From assembly GCA_050084515.1 (NCBI GenBank), contig CM114271.1, positions 29,822,001-29,886,000 on the forward strand: 64,000 nucleotides of DNA, written 5' to 3'. The position numbers and the translations under genes are program-made. This DNA is from Blasia pusilla. Taxonomy: Eukaryota. A model generated the notes under the pieces. That model saw only the letters and a list, made by a program, of their open reading frames with translations. It was not told the DNA's origin and did no database searches. Positions 41,390 through 53,451 of this stretch are shown here, piece by piece (position 1 is the first letter of the stretch; each line of letters starts with the position of its first letter).

Positions 41390-41971
41390 CCTCCGCAACA
41401 CCTCGTGTGGTACCAAGTTGGTCCCCAAAAAATGCAGGGGATGTGCTCGTAAACCCACACTCGCCGCATCCAACAAAACTATCGGGCCGATCCATGCGCG
41501 CACCTGATATGCACTCGTCATCACACAGGACCTCGAATCGCCCAAAAGTGGTACATTCTCTAGAATGTATGCTGGAGGACAAGACTAATGCTCCTACAAG
41601 TGTCACAAGATCCACATCATCTCCCAAAACAACCTGGACCGAGAGTCAACTAATCCGCTACCCCGTCCAGTACTCGACTGGCCCTAACATGGCCAACCAG
41701 CAATAACCAAGTCTATGGTCCCAACCCGCTCCAAGTCCTGTGCCCCCAACAATGAAATATCCCTCGGTAGGGAACTCTGGTAACCCTATATGGCGAACGC
41801 ATACAACAAGTCAAGAAAATGGAGGCGTAACTGCGCCACATGGTGAAGTAAAGCGCGCCTTGTAACATCATCAATCTCCACATACAAGTACTACTGCACG
41901 CGCACTCTAGCATGCAAAACAGCAGCTAACCCAATGTTGATCCCTCCAAAGAGATCAAAAACCCAAATACC
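41390..41971 (-). pseudogene. C5-cytosine DNA methyltransferase domain (DNMT3/bacterial-type motif order), C-terminally truncated
   Basis: One unbroken frame with 6 stops: GIWVFDLFGGINIGLAAV (I), YLYVEID (II), DISLL (III), IDLVIAGWPC*GQSSTGRGSGLVDSRSRLFWEM (IV/V), YILENV (VI), LDAASVGLRAHPLHFLGTNL (VIII). Confidence 0.9.
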
Positions 41972-42399
41972 CTCCTCTAGGATGCACCACACAATCGGGT
42001 TGGTGTCCAAAGGGGTCATAGCAGCACTCTTGCCTACCTGGGATTCCTCTAACCTGTCACACTCTGGTGCAAACGTCTCGCTCCACGCGGTTTGCGCATG
42101 CTCAGTGGCTAAGCGTCGAAGCTCCTCAGCCCCAAAGCGGCACCTCTCCTCCACGGAATGATGCGGCTACCATGACACTCCTCTCCATAGAAATATCAGG
42201 AACAGGAGTATCCTCTGTATGGACATGTCCCTAAATCAAATCACTAGGCCAAGTGATGGCACTACTAAATGCTGCTAAGATCGCCATCTCTTCTGGCCGT
42301 CGCTCTATCACTGCACCTGTGAATCGAACAAGTAATGAGCTAAGGTGCCCATCACCTGACTCCCATCCTGGTCTATAGGACGTTGACTCCTCCCAATCA

Positions 42400-42760
42400 T
42401 CCAAGGAAAATCCCATCGGGTATAACATAGCTCCACCAACCAAGACATCGCAAGACTCTGCATCGGTCCCTATCGCCTTGGCTTGCACCACGGACTCATC
42501 TATAGGATGTCCTAGGCGAATTCTCACCACGACCTCCTGTCGGGTGATATATTGTGTGATACTTGCTCCATCCAAGGATGTCTGCATCTAGAATGGACAA
42601 TGCTCCACATCGGCTCTCGTCAAGCCCAATCCTTTGAATGAAACTTTCCCAACATCAGGGGTTGCGCTCCTAAATCCAACAAGACGTGATGCGGACTAAA
42701 AGCTCTACCTCCATGACTCACCAACTGGAAGACCTCTCCCCGGTTATCTAGCAACACAAC
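42400..42760 (-). pseudogene. Aspartic protease
   Basis: HVLLDLGAQPLMLG (DSG-like active site) and downstream DVLVGG motif. Confidence 0.7.
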
Positions 42761-43399
42761 ACTAGGAGAAGCCATAGCACGCTCTATCGCGGGTCTAGCG
42801 AGCATCTCCGCCATCCTAGCATCCACAGCCTGCCATGAATCTGACATGGACGGCCCAAACATCCGCTCCAAGGGCAAGTCCATCACCTCCTCTGTCATCA
42901 TCTCTGAACGTGATGCAGGAACTCCAACTCTGACTCACATAACGTAGCGGCCAGCCGGAACACCTCGGCGGGCACAACTCCCAATGTTATAACATCGGAA
43001 GCAGAAAATAGCGGATCACGGTACACCATCGTGGTCAGCCCCCAACATTGTACTCGACACATGCTCCTCCTAAGCATCAGCAATAGGAGTCGTTGCACTC
43101 GTTTATCCCATTGCCTTCCATGCCTGCACACCAATAATATCACCAACTCTCCGGGAACTCTTATGAGAACCCATCGATAGGGTCCTCATTGCCTCGGACA
43201 ACGTGAAAGATTGAGGAAGCGTGGTCTGTTTCCTGGCTTCCCCTCATTATGGATCCAACTCTGCGGCTGCTCCACGCATCACAACTACGGCGGTCTCTAT
43301 TTGGGCAATCCCGCACATCCAACCAGGATCCTCTATATCTCTGGCTGCTCCATATGATTTCGATGCCATGGATCCGGCATCAGATAACCTCAATGCCAT

Positions 43400-44481
43400 A
43401 GCGGCAATCTGCTCCTCTAGTTGCTATATCTGAGCAGCCAACCCAACCTCATGCCCCACATCTCCCTCAACGCGTCCAGGTGTGTGACCATATCTCTCAC
43501 AATAGTCACACAGATAACCTCCCGGTGCAACATTATCTCCTCCTCCATACTGAGGCACATGTCCAAGATACTAACAAGTGCAATCACGTTGATGATGGGC
43601 TCCACCACATGACCAACAAGTAATCGTAGGCGGTTGCTACTAAGCTGCATATGGCACGGCCTCTCGGTATCCTCTCTGAGCTCGTGGTGCCACAGTCGAC
43701 CTATCTCGGAGTCCACATTGCTGCATAGGTGGTGTAGACAATCGTGACTACTCTCGCCCAAAACCCATGGTGGCTACGCTTTGCTCGGCCATGTTGCGCT
43801 TAATGTTCTCGGCGGTCCAAAAAACATCTCTCAACATAGGGGAGGTGTTCATAAGAAGCACCCCTCCCGCACCCGTGTCCACAGGATTCGGTCAATCATC
43901 GCATACCATGACTGGATAGCCTGAGCCTCTATCACCCCTTGAGTGACGTTGATCAACCGACGCAAGTGAGTGCAAGCCTCGCGCAAACTCTCACCCGGGC
44001 GCCTCAAGAAGTCATGGATGCTCCGCAACTTCTCCGTCCGTACCCCTTGGTAGCTCGCCCTCAACTCAACGAAGAACTTAACCACGGGGTTGAACCTGGG
44101 AGGAACCCGACTAGATGGTGCAACTACTCTAGTGCGAGTGACCCCTCCTAAAACATCACTAGTGGAAGAGGAAGTAGCCTCTCCTAACTCCTCCTCCTCA
44201 TCTGGGAATGGCTCCATCCATGACACATAGTGTGGGTTATAGTAGAGTTGCCATGCCTCAATCTCCTAGGCATATCTGTGGGAGAACTCATGGTAATCGT
44301 CCATGGGTGCCCCCTCTAAATTCTCGAACATACCTTTCCATGCTGTGAACGGGTTGAACTCTCTAGAGTTCCTAGCCCGTTGTGAGTCACACCAATCCCT
44401 AAACTCTGCAATGAAGTCGTGTAACTCTATAGTGCCTACAACACCCGAAAACCTACACGGTCCTCTACCCCGGTCGTCCAT
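43400..44481 (-). pseudogene. Gag
   Basis: CRFSGVVGTIELHDFIAEFRDWCD, KLRSIHDFLRRPGESLREACTHLRRL (major-homology-region-like), decayed Zn knuckle near 43550. Confidence 0.7.
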
Positions 44482-47400
44482 CTCCTACGCCCAACTGGTA
44501 GGACCACTTAATGTGTATGGTGGATCACTAACACACTCCTTTACACGCTCCCCCTCTTCTGAAGACGACACATAAGGAGATCGAGGTGGTCTCTCACGTG
44601 GAGACCCTCGAAACCCTCCAGAGCTACTCTCAGGTCCACTACCTCGCCTCTCAAAATCCTGAAAGCATGCCGTGATGGCCCTCATGCCCCTTGTGCCCCT
44701 CTCACACAATCACTCCTAATCTCACAAGTAATCCCTCAATCACTCAAACTAAACATGCGGCACTCAATCTACACTCTCTCATTGAGACGTGTGATGTACA
44801 GAAAAGTAATTGATCTATCGTCTCATCCACAAACCATCCTCAACTCAGGACATCCCACACAGTTCTATGTCCCCTAAACCCATACATCATCGATGCTCTC
44901 AGCATCAGCACAAAACCCAATATCCCAAATAACTTCCCAATAGCCGAAAATCCCTCACACGTGCAGGGTAGAAGACCAGAATGGGTAACCTCACAATAAT
45001 GTCGATGTCGCTCCTCGGAAATTGCAAATCTCGGCCCCAACTCGGTCATGAAGACAACTCCTCCAATCAGCAAGTCGTACTCCTCTCGTACTGACGCTGC
45101 TCAAACCTCCTCGATATGCAGCACTAACGGCACAGAACGGCTACAAACGGCACGACACTCGGGAATGGGGTGTGGCACTTGGCGGAATACCCTCCTCAAT
45201 CAGAAATTCACACGCTCAGCTCCTCAGTGAAGGAGTGGCTCCGTGATAGAGATGGTGCGGTGCGGCCATGAGCGGCACGGCGCGGCAATCGGCGGCGCGT
45301 TGCGGCTACAGGCGTCACGGCACGGGACTCGATTGTCATCGAGCGGCTACTAATCACAACATAGCAGCATGAAAGGAAAACCCAAACACCATAACCCAAT
45401 GTCATCTACCATCACTAGTTGATAACGATACTGTGATGATGGTGGCGGCCAAAACAAAGTACGTGGTGGCGGCGCAAATCAGAGAATCAACGATCGTCTT
45501 GGAAGACCCTCCACTATGTAATGGCGGCAATGGCAACCAAGGGTTGACAAGGGCCGAACGCAGCTCTGAGCAACGCTAGGCGGTGGCGGCAGCCGACGGT
45601 GGATGGTGGTCCGTTTACGGTCAATGGTGACAGTTGACCGTTGATGATGACTCTGACGGCAATAGCCGCCGCCGGCGCGGGGGCTGGTTTAGGGTTTGAA
45701 AATTTTAACCCTAAAAATCGCATAGAAATGGAAGTTTTGAAAGATTGACCATAACTTTTTGCTTGCAAATCCAAATTGCGTAGTATCTTTAATACAGCGT
45801 GCACAGCTTTACGATTTACAACAATGTCAAAAAATATTTTGAATCGGACATTCTAGTAAAAATTGATGGGGACTGTTGTACAGCCCAACGTCTCTTTCTC
45901 CTACACAAAATTTGGCAGCGCTTCCGCTCTAATTTCTCCCAACAAAAATGTAAAACCTATGAGAACACAAATCAACAAGCTACATGGTGCTCCCGAGAGC
46001 ACCGGCATGGAGCAATCTGCCCCCATACTCAATTCCTATCAAAAATTGGGCAGCGCTTCCGCATGCCACTCTTCCGTACAAAAAATCAGCAAAGCAAAAC
46101 AACAAATTCGCATGGCTCTTGCTCCGGTGAGCACTCCCATGAGCCATGAAGGGGGGAACATGGTCCCCGAACCTGCACCAAACATCGAGCAACCATAGAG
46201 CTCCCCCATGAAGCTCTCTCACTCAATCATTCTTTCTTTGTAAAATAAGATTCAATCTCTCTCACAATACCATAGTTATCACATGTATGCACTCTCACAT
46301 GTCTCGCTCAATGTCAAACCAAACCCACTCTCCTAATGAGAGGCTTGGATTACATTCATAAGGCAAGGGATCATAGCTCTGCCACCTCGTGCCAAGAAGT
46401 TCAACAAAGAGAGAATGAGCTCTTAAGCTCTCTCTCCCTGAGGTATATCCCTCCTCTCTCCCAAACTCTCTCCTTGGTAACATATGCTCCCAAGTCACCT
46501 CCTTGGCTCTTGACCTGATGTAGGAGGTCAAGGGTCACTTACCAAAAATATATAGTCGACCATATACTCAAAATGGTACTAACCTAAATTAGTAAGTTCT
46601 TCAATATGGCTCCAAATGACCCGAAACGAAGGGGAAACCTGCACTCTCAGATTTCCCGTGGCCTCAACATGTCATTCTCGACCTCTTGAGCCTATCCTCC
46701 ACTACTTGCGAAGGCGCTCTACTAGATCTCACCGATCTATCCTAAAAGATGTGACTTACTAGATGGGATGATTATGTGGAAGTGGGTACGTTAAAGCATA
46801 TTAACATAAGAGAAACATTTCAGTTGGCAAGATGCAAGTGTGGAAGAGAAGAGGCGATGCGATAATAATGGTGGTGATCTTTGAGGAAGCTGCAAGAAGA
46901 GCGAGAATTACAAGAAGGAAAGGTAACTAGAGGTGTAAGCATCAAGAGAAGAAAGGCCTTCTACGTGTGAATCTATGATGGATTCTCACGTTTGAGGAGG
47001 ACTTTGGACAAAATCTCTCCATCAAGGAAGTGTAAGGAACCTTTGATATTGACTACATCTAGTTGGAGGAGTCCAAATCCACATCTTTGGACGTAGGTTC
47101 CATTTCTTTTCAGAGAGATTATCGTGGAATCTTCTCGACCATCAACCTCATATAGTCGAGCAATGGTAACTAGAGAGGCATCCAAAGCAACACTGCTTGC
47201 TCACAATAATAGAGCTCCACCTCCGTGTTGAGGCTCACACTGGTTAGGCTTTGAGACTTCTTGAGAGCTGATAAATGTACTTCTCTTCTCTACTTTGGAG
47301 AAGGGAGAGGCGGAAGTGAATCGAAAGCTCTGTTCTGACAGTGGAGAGAGTGGAAATGCTAGAATCGTAGCACCTACCATCGGAGGAGGGTGTGGTAGCG

Positions 47401-50400
47401 GAGCAGGGTGTGGCAAGAAATCTGCAATCGCATGCAATGACCAGAAGGAAAATCTGTGCGAAGGTACTTTCTGTTGGTGAGAGTGAAAAGCTGGTAAGAA
47501 GATGACTCTCTCAAATTTGCCACAGAAGAAGAAATCCTCCATACCCACCAAATGGCCCCTCCGCCATTGCGATGTCAATTCAATGTTCCACTCCGATTCT
47601 GATCATGTTTCTCTGGGAGAATCAGAGTTAGGGGATTGCACACCATGAGGAGCTCCCCGAGTCCAACATCTTTGGTCAAGAAGCGTCTGCGGCCCTTCTG
47701 AGGAGCTTGACGGATCTCCACAGACCCAAAATAGTCTGTGCACAAGGGAGGGAGAGCCTTGCAAGCACCGCACGAGAATGCGGCGAGCTCATTCTAGAGA
47801 TCTAGCTTGTCCACGGGATCCAGGCCTCCATCAACTGCACCCCGCAACACTATTCTGTTTCTTGCTTCAAAGTCCAACCCCATAGTTGAGCTTCTGCACT
47901 CCAAAACCCTCAAGCACTACAGGAAGGTCCAATTTGTCATGGTAGATGAGACGTAGGGCGAGATAGTATTGAGGCCTTAGAGGAGTCCTGTACTTTTGTA
48001 TTTTGAGAGGTCGTATATGACCTGCTCTTAGGAAGTGACCTACCAGTGTAGGTCACCCTTCCCTTTATGCGGAGTGGCAACCTTGGAGAGGTTGACCTTC
48101 CCAGCCATGTATGGCTCCACTTGGACCTATAGGGTCGTGGGTTAGTTGATAGTTGGTCTCATGAGGAGACTGCATGTGTAGTCGTTAGGGAGCTAGTATG
48201 TATGTACTATTGCCCCTCCATGAACAGAGGAAATGCCCCTCCATGAACGCATGAAATCAAATCATAATCTACCAACCAATCCTCCGCCCAAGTCGGGAAG
48301 CGAAAATAGGATCCCTTACAATAACAAAAAAATATTTTTAAGGGTATAGGCATCACTTCTTATAGCCATCATGCCTATTTTTTTTCTTTTTTCCTTTCCA
48401 CACATAATAACCACCATCCATACTATATAACATAGGATGGGTTTAGAATCCCTCCTCCTCCTATTGACACTTGTCCTATGGGGACTTTCTTGGTGGTGAC
48501 ACATGGCAAAATGGGAATTAGATTTAATCAATGAAAGAAGGGGATGGAGACATTTCGGGTCTATGAACAATGGAGGTCTGTACAGTTCCTCCTTACCCAA
48601 TTTTTTTCCCAAGTTTCATGTCACTTGTGGTGCATAGCACACACGGGCAACGCTCTAGTGTTCAACGCTCTAGATTCTCTTCTCCAAGGCCGCGCACGGT
48701 TGTACGAGTGGGGTCGCCCATTATTAAATATAGATGGTACTCCCCAAAAGCGGAGTTTCGTAAGCTGCCTCTTTTAAGGAAAGATGCACTTCGATAGAAA
48801 CGAGTGATGGAAAACCCATCGGAAAGCGTCGTATCTGTTAGAGTTTCTATTTCCGCTCCCCTCTGTTCGGAGAGGCCGCACATGCTCTGGATGGATTACA
48901 CACAGTCACGCTGCCCGGGGAGTTTTTCTCCCCAGAAACCGGTATTTACCAGGTCATTTATACAGTCAGACTCAGTTTTCCTACTTTTTTCAATTTCTGC
49001 CTACTGTTCGATACAAAATCCAAAAAACCCCTTATTTCCAGCCCATTTTATCCCCGGAGGTTATGGAGAGAAACGGCATTCTTGATTTCTTGTCCAGTAG
49101 TCATGGACTCCGCGTAAGGAGCTCACGTGCACTAAATGGCGGTATGGGGTACATAGTGCCATGATGCCCGAACACATTCCTCGACATGTCTCTTGTCAAC
49201 GGTCTATGCACGGTTTGGTTTCCTCTAGCCGAGATATTCGGCAACAAACTTTGATTTAATTCGGACTGGTCTCGCCATAGTTCTCCACGATGAGACGATT
49301 CCTCACAGCCACGGCCAAAAGACGGGTGGGCGATGCACGTCGCTTCGAAATGCGCGGACATGAGAAAGTGAGGCCAAGAAAGAACCCCGGGAGTGTTCAC
49401 TCGGTTATTTTAGAACCGACCTCGAAGCCCGGTGACGTGTGGTCATTCATCCACGTCATAGGGAAAGGCAAAAGCACTTCTAAGTTCCAACAAGTTCCAA
49501 CCATCCAGTTCCGACAGTTCATGCGTCACAAGAGTTGCAAGATTTTTGTTCCTCCGCCTGGAACCTCCGGACGTGACCGACATGGGAGACCAGGCAATGT
49601 ACATGCTCTAGCAGCGGACTCCTTTGACCGTTCCTCGCAGAGTTCGGTTTAGTCAGCCCACATGCAATGCGATTCCGGACCTCGGATGCTTCGCAACACG
49701 CTGGGCGGTCCCATGAGACCTTTCGTCAGCGCTGATTTCAACTCCGGCGTCATACATCCTTTTATCGTGCGCTGTTGGGAAAAAACATGGCGGAGTATCG
49801 GTAAGATCGGCCTACATGAGGCTGGCGCAGAGGAATTAGTCAGCCAAACTGGTTTTGTGTTCTCCAGGGTGCCAGGCAGGAAAGAGCGTTCAAAGCACCC
49901 ACCTTCGAGCTGGAAAGAAAACATGCTGGGTAAATTTTGGGTGCAAGTCCGACCTTGAGGTAGATTGTTCGCAGAGAAGCTGTTGGATCGACGTGTCCCC
50001 CAAACTTCGCCTGGCCCAGGTATTGATACAGCAGAAAGAGATCACAAGGATAACATTGAGACAGTTTGTATCAGCCCAGTGCAGCGCAATTTATCACATA
50101 ATGCGACAAACTAGATCGGTGCAAAACTTACACAATCAAATTTCAGTTTTATCGTGCTCCTGACACTTCTCTGCCGCTATCTTCCTTCCCCGAGCCTTTT
50201 CTGCGCAGATTTACAATTTGCTCTCCTTGTCCTTGTCCTCTTGGGCATGGTTGGCTCCATCAATCTCGACTACTATCAAATCGCATTTTGTGGTCTCGTA
50301 GTGGTTGTGTGTGGGTGGGTGCCCCTCCGTAGTTTACCATTTTGGGATGCGTGATTCCCGGGGAAGAACTTCTGTCGTGAGGTGCACTTTCGTCAAATTC

Positions 50401-51540
50401 ACGATGAACATAGGGAGAGTCAGCGGAACCTGTCGTTTCACACATTGGAGTTTCAAGAACTCAGATGAATTCTACTCGGTATTAAGCCGAAAATAGTGGG
50501 GCTAGAACGTGGGTTTCCTCTAATTACTAGGCAAGTAACCTTCCATCCATGACCAAGCGAAAGATCTAAAATTAATTTTTTTAACTTGTATCTTACTTTA
50601 CCTTCCCCGCACTCTTCTACAACCGAATTGATTTCACACATTGTTTTGTTTCGTTTGGACTTATGTTCCAGGAGTTGAAGTATTCGAACAAAGGACTAAA
50701 CAAATTCGATCGACGCCATAAAATCTACGAAATTGACTACAGATAAGAGTGATAGTTATTGTTTAGGGACTTTGTCGACCGAATGGTGCGATGCTATGGG
50801 TTTTAACATATTATTCGAAAAGCGAAAGCCCGTTACCACAACTCAAACGATCATGAACTGCATTTTGTAAAGCATGGCTGATTGCGGAGAGGGTTCATAT
50901 TCCCAATGTGCAACTGCGTCCAATGTCCGAAGCTTCATGGATAGGTCCAAATTGAATTCTTAGACGATTTCTCCCATTCTAAACTAAGATATTTTGATCA
51001 CGGAAAAAAAACCTGCTTTGCAGAGTTTGGGTCGCGTCTCCTTAAATACTTCTCACCTTGTACTTTATGATAGAAATTTGAAGTTTGACATCACGTTTTA
51101 ATAAACGAATAGTCGGAGTCATCACGTTTTAATAGACCATCACGTTTTTATAGACGAATAGTCGGAGTCATATCATAATTTTAGTGAAATTGTTGTAGAA
51201 AGAATATCCATCCTATTAAGAGATCTTATTACCACATTCATCATAAGTTCCAACGTGGTACTTCTGTAGATAAGGCCGTGAAAGAAGACCTTGTGATCCT
51301 TTTAATTAAACCCTATTTATTTAAGAAGCATCATAGAATCCTTTGAATAACCCTAATACTCATCCTGGTGACTAATAACCAGAAAGTAATTTGCAATTTC
51401 TAATCAAAGGGGGGGCGTGTGGAACTGCATCCTATCAAAATAGGGTACAATGAAATGAAATTCCGCAAATCGTATCCATCGTGAGATGTCCAGTGATAGG
51501 TCTATCGGAAGAAGTTTGATGTAGGTCGCTTGATACAGAT

Positions 51541-53295
51541 ATGTACTGCCATTGTCCATGTCTGATATATTGCTGGTGCAGTGGCTATCGCCAGCGGCAT
51601 TTTGAACAAATCTGGAATGCTCGAGCGATAAGTGACAACGCTTTTGACTCGAGAAATGGAGATAAAGGCAAGGAGTCGCGGATGGACGAGAATAATCAGG
51701 ATGAAGAGAGAGTTGCTTTTAAGAACTCTATTGAAGGAGGATGGGCCATTGAAACAAAGCGGCCCGAAACCGAAAACGACCGAGATCATGCAACCCTAAA
51801 TGAGCTACACCAATCTCTTCAGGAATGGCCTTCATTCAAGCAAATTCTGTCAGAAATCAACAAGCAGAATAAAATTGGCGGGCCCATAGCAGCAATGAAT
51901 TTGATGTGGTTTGCGAGGTTCATTATCTCCACTTTCTTTTTGGGGCACATGGGTTCTCTACAGCTTGCGGGGGGCACTATGGCCTTGACTTACGCCAATG
52001 TCACCGGATTTTCCATCCTCATGGGGTTATCGGGTGGAATGGAGCCAGTTTGCAGCCAGGCGTATGGAGCTAAGCGTTACATGCTCCTGGGGCTGGCACT
52101 CCAACGTGCCATTCTCATTCTCCTGGTCACATGTTTCCCCATCACAATTGCCTGGTTGAACGTCGAGAGAGTGCTGATTTATTTCGATCAAGATGCGGCC
52201 ATTGCATCTATAGCCAAGGACTACTTGCACTACTTGTTGCCAGACCTCGTAGCTACGGCAGTTTTAGCTCCGCTCAGAATCTACCTCCGATCGCAGTGCA
52301 TAACCAAACCCATGATGCTGTGTTCCGCTATTGCCATGTCGTTGCATATTCCCCTGAATCTTCTCCTTGTCTTCGGCTTGAATTTGGGTGCCTCGGGTAC
52401 TGCTCTCGCCTCATGTTTGACCGACTTCAATCTCATCTTCATGCTGCTCTTGTACATCCGCCTTACGGGGATCCACCGAAGCTCTTGGCCAGGCTGGTCC
52501 AAGTACAGCATGCGGGATTGGGTCCCATTCATGCGCGTGGCTGGCCCCACTTGCTTAATGACGTGCTTGGAGTGGTGGTGCTACGAAACCATGACGATTC
52601 TCACAGGATTTTTGCCCGACGCCCATAAAGCCATAGCCACCATGGCCATCGTCCTAAATGGAGACACCATGTGCTACGCCCTTCAAGTCGCCCTGGGCTC
52701 ATGCGCGTCTACCCGTGTCGGCAATGAGCTCGGAGCGAATTCCCCTTTGGCCGCCTATCATGCTTCGTTGGCTGCCCTTAGCCTTAGCATAGCACTCGCC
52801 TGTTTAGGTGCAGCCGGACTCATTGGCGCTCGCCAAATTTGGGGCAAGCTCTTCACATCCGACCAGCAAATCCTGCTCGGGGTAGCAAAACTTTTGCCCA
52901 TCATGGGACTCTGCGAATTTGGGAACTTCCCTCAGACAGTCTGTTGCGGTGTTTTACGTGGGAGTGCTCGTCCTTCCACTGGTGCTTATGCCAATCTCGG
53001 AGCTTTCTATCTTGTGGGTATACCTCTTGGTGTCTACTTAGCCTTCTCGGTGAAACTGGGCCTTCTTGGTCTCTGGCTTGGGCTCCTGGCCGCTGTGCTC
53101 ACTTGCGCAGTTTTGACGATTACCGCTGTTCTTAGAACAGATTGGATTCAACAAGCCCTTCGTGCCCAGGAGTTGACTTCGTCTGGGACTGCTGTTGATC
53201 CATATGAGTATTCTCCTCCTCGCTCACCTCTCGACCTGCCCTACTGCACTCCCGCGGACAATTCTCATCAGATCCTTGCCCATCAATCACCATGA
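51541..53295 (+). CDS. MATE/DETOXIFICATION efflux transporter, intronless DTX56-like clade
   Basis: Intact 584-aa ORF with MATE motifs FLGHMGSLQLAGG, ANVTGFSIL, CSQAYGAK, CLEWWCYE, STRVGNELGAN, GVLRGSARP, NLGAFYLVGIP. AMNLMWFA and AIVLNGD resemble DTX56 by recall. An alternative in-frame start is ATG 51682. Confidence 0.95.
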   Translation: MYCHCPCLIYCWCSGYRQRHFEQIWNARAISDNAFDSRNGDKGKESRMDENNQDEERVAFKNSIEGGWAIETKRPETENDRDHATLNELHQSLQEWPSFKQILSEINKQNKIGGPIAAMNLMWFARFIISTFFLGHMGSLQLAGGTMALTYANVTGFSILMGLSGGMEPVCSQAYGAKRYMLLGLALQRAILILLVTCFPITIAWLNVERVLIYFDQDAAIASIAKDYLHYLLPDLVATAVLAPLRIYLRSQCITKPMMLCSAIAMSLHIPLNLLLVFGLNLGASGTALASCLTDFNLIFMLLLYIRLTGIHRSSWPGWSKYSMRDWVPFMRVAGPTCLMTCLEWWCYETMTILTGFLPDAHKAIATMAIVLNGDTMCYALQVALGSCASTRVGNELGANSPLAAYHASLAALSLSIALACLGAAGLIGARQIWGKLFTSDQQILLGVAKLLPIMGLCEFGNFPQTVCCGVLRGSARPSTGAYANLGAFYLVGIPLGVYLAFSVKLGLLGLWLGLLAAVLTCAVLTITAVLRTDWIQQALRAQELTSSGTAVDPYEYSPPRSPLDLPYCTPADNSHQILAHQSP

Positions 53296-53451
53296 ATTAA
53301 CGTTTCGGTAACGGCTAGACGCTTTGAAACCACGTTCTCTAAGAAATGAAACGTATCGAAAGTTTTGAAATGCAAGATATTCACGACCTTTTAAGCTCCT
53401 CGACACTTCTGATTTCGAAGTTATCAGACTGTAATATTTTAATGGTCCGTG

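Larger units (their letters stand above)
38137..46756 (-). mobile_element. Ty3/gypsy retrotransposon encoding gag-PR-DNMT-RT-RH-INT-PHD, with non-identical termini A and B
   Basis: Inserted into host gag with duplication GACT/TACT (or TGACT/TTACT). A 46756-46240, gag ~44480-43400, PR ~42700, DNMT 41971-41390, RT ~41385-40600, RH ~40460-40050, INT ~39700-38800, PHD 38584-38450, PPT GGGGGGC 38272-38266, B 38262-38137. Many stops and frameshifts. Confidence 0.9.

Noticed and set aside
41390-41971. Host DNMT3/DRM gene
   Set aside because: Intronless, sits between PR and RT inside a TSD-flanked element, is repeated in a second copy, and does not show the DRM motif permutation.
38137-46756. DIRS/Ngaro tyrosine-recombinase element
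   Set aside because: It has an aspartic protease, a DDE integrase and a TSD. No tyrosine recombinase was seen, and the methyltransferase has C5 (PC, ENV) rather than adenine-type motifs.
51202-51209. P1BS-like GAATATCC upstream of the MATE
   Set aside because: A single degenerate 8-mer is expected by chance.
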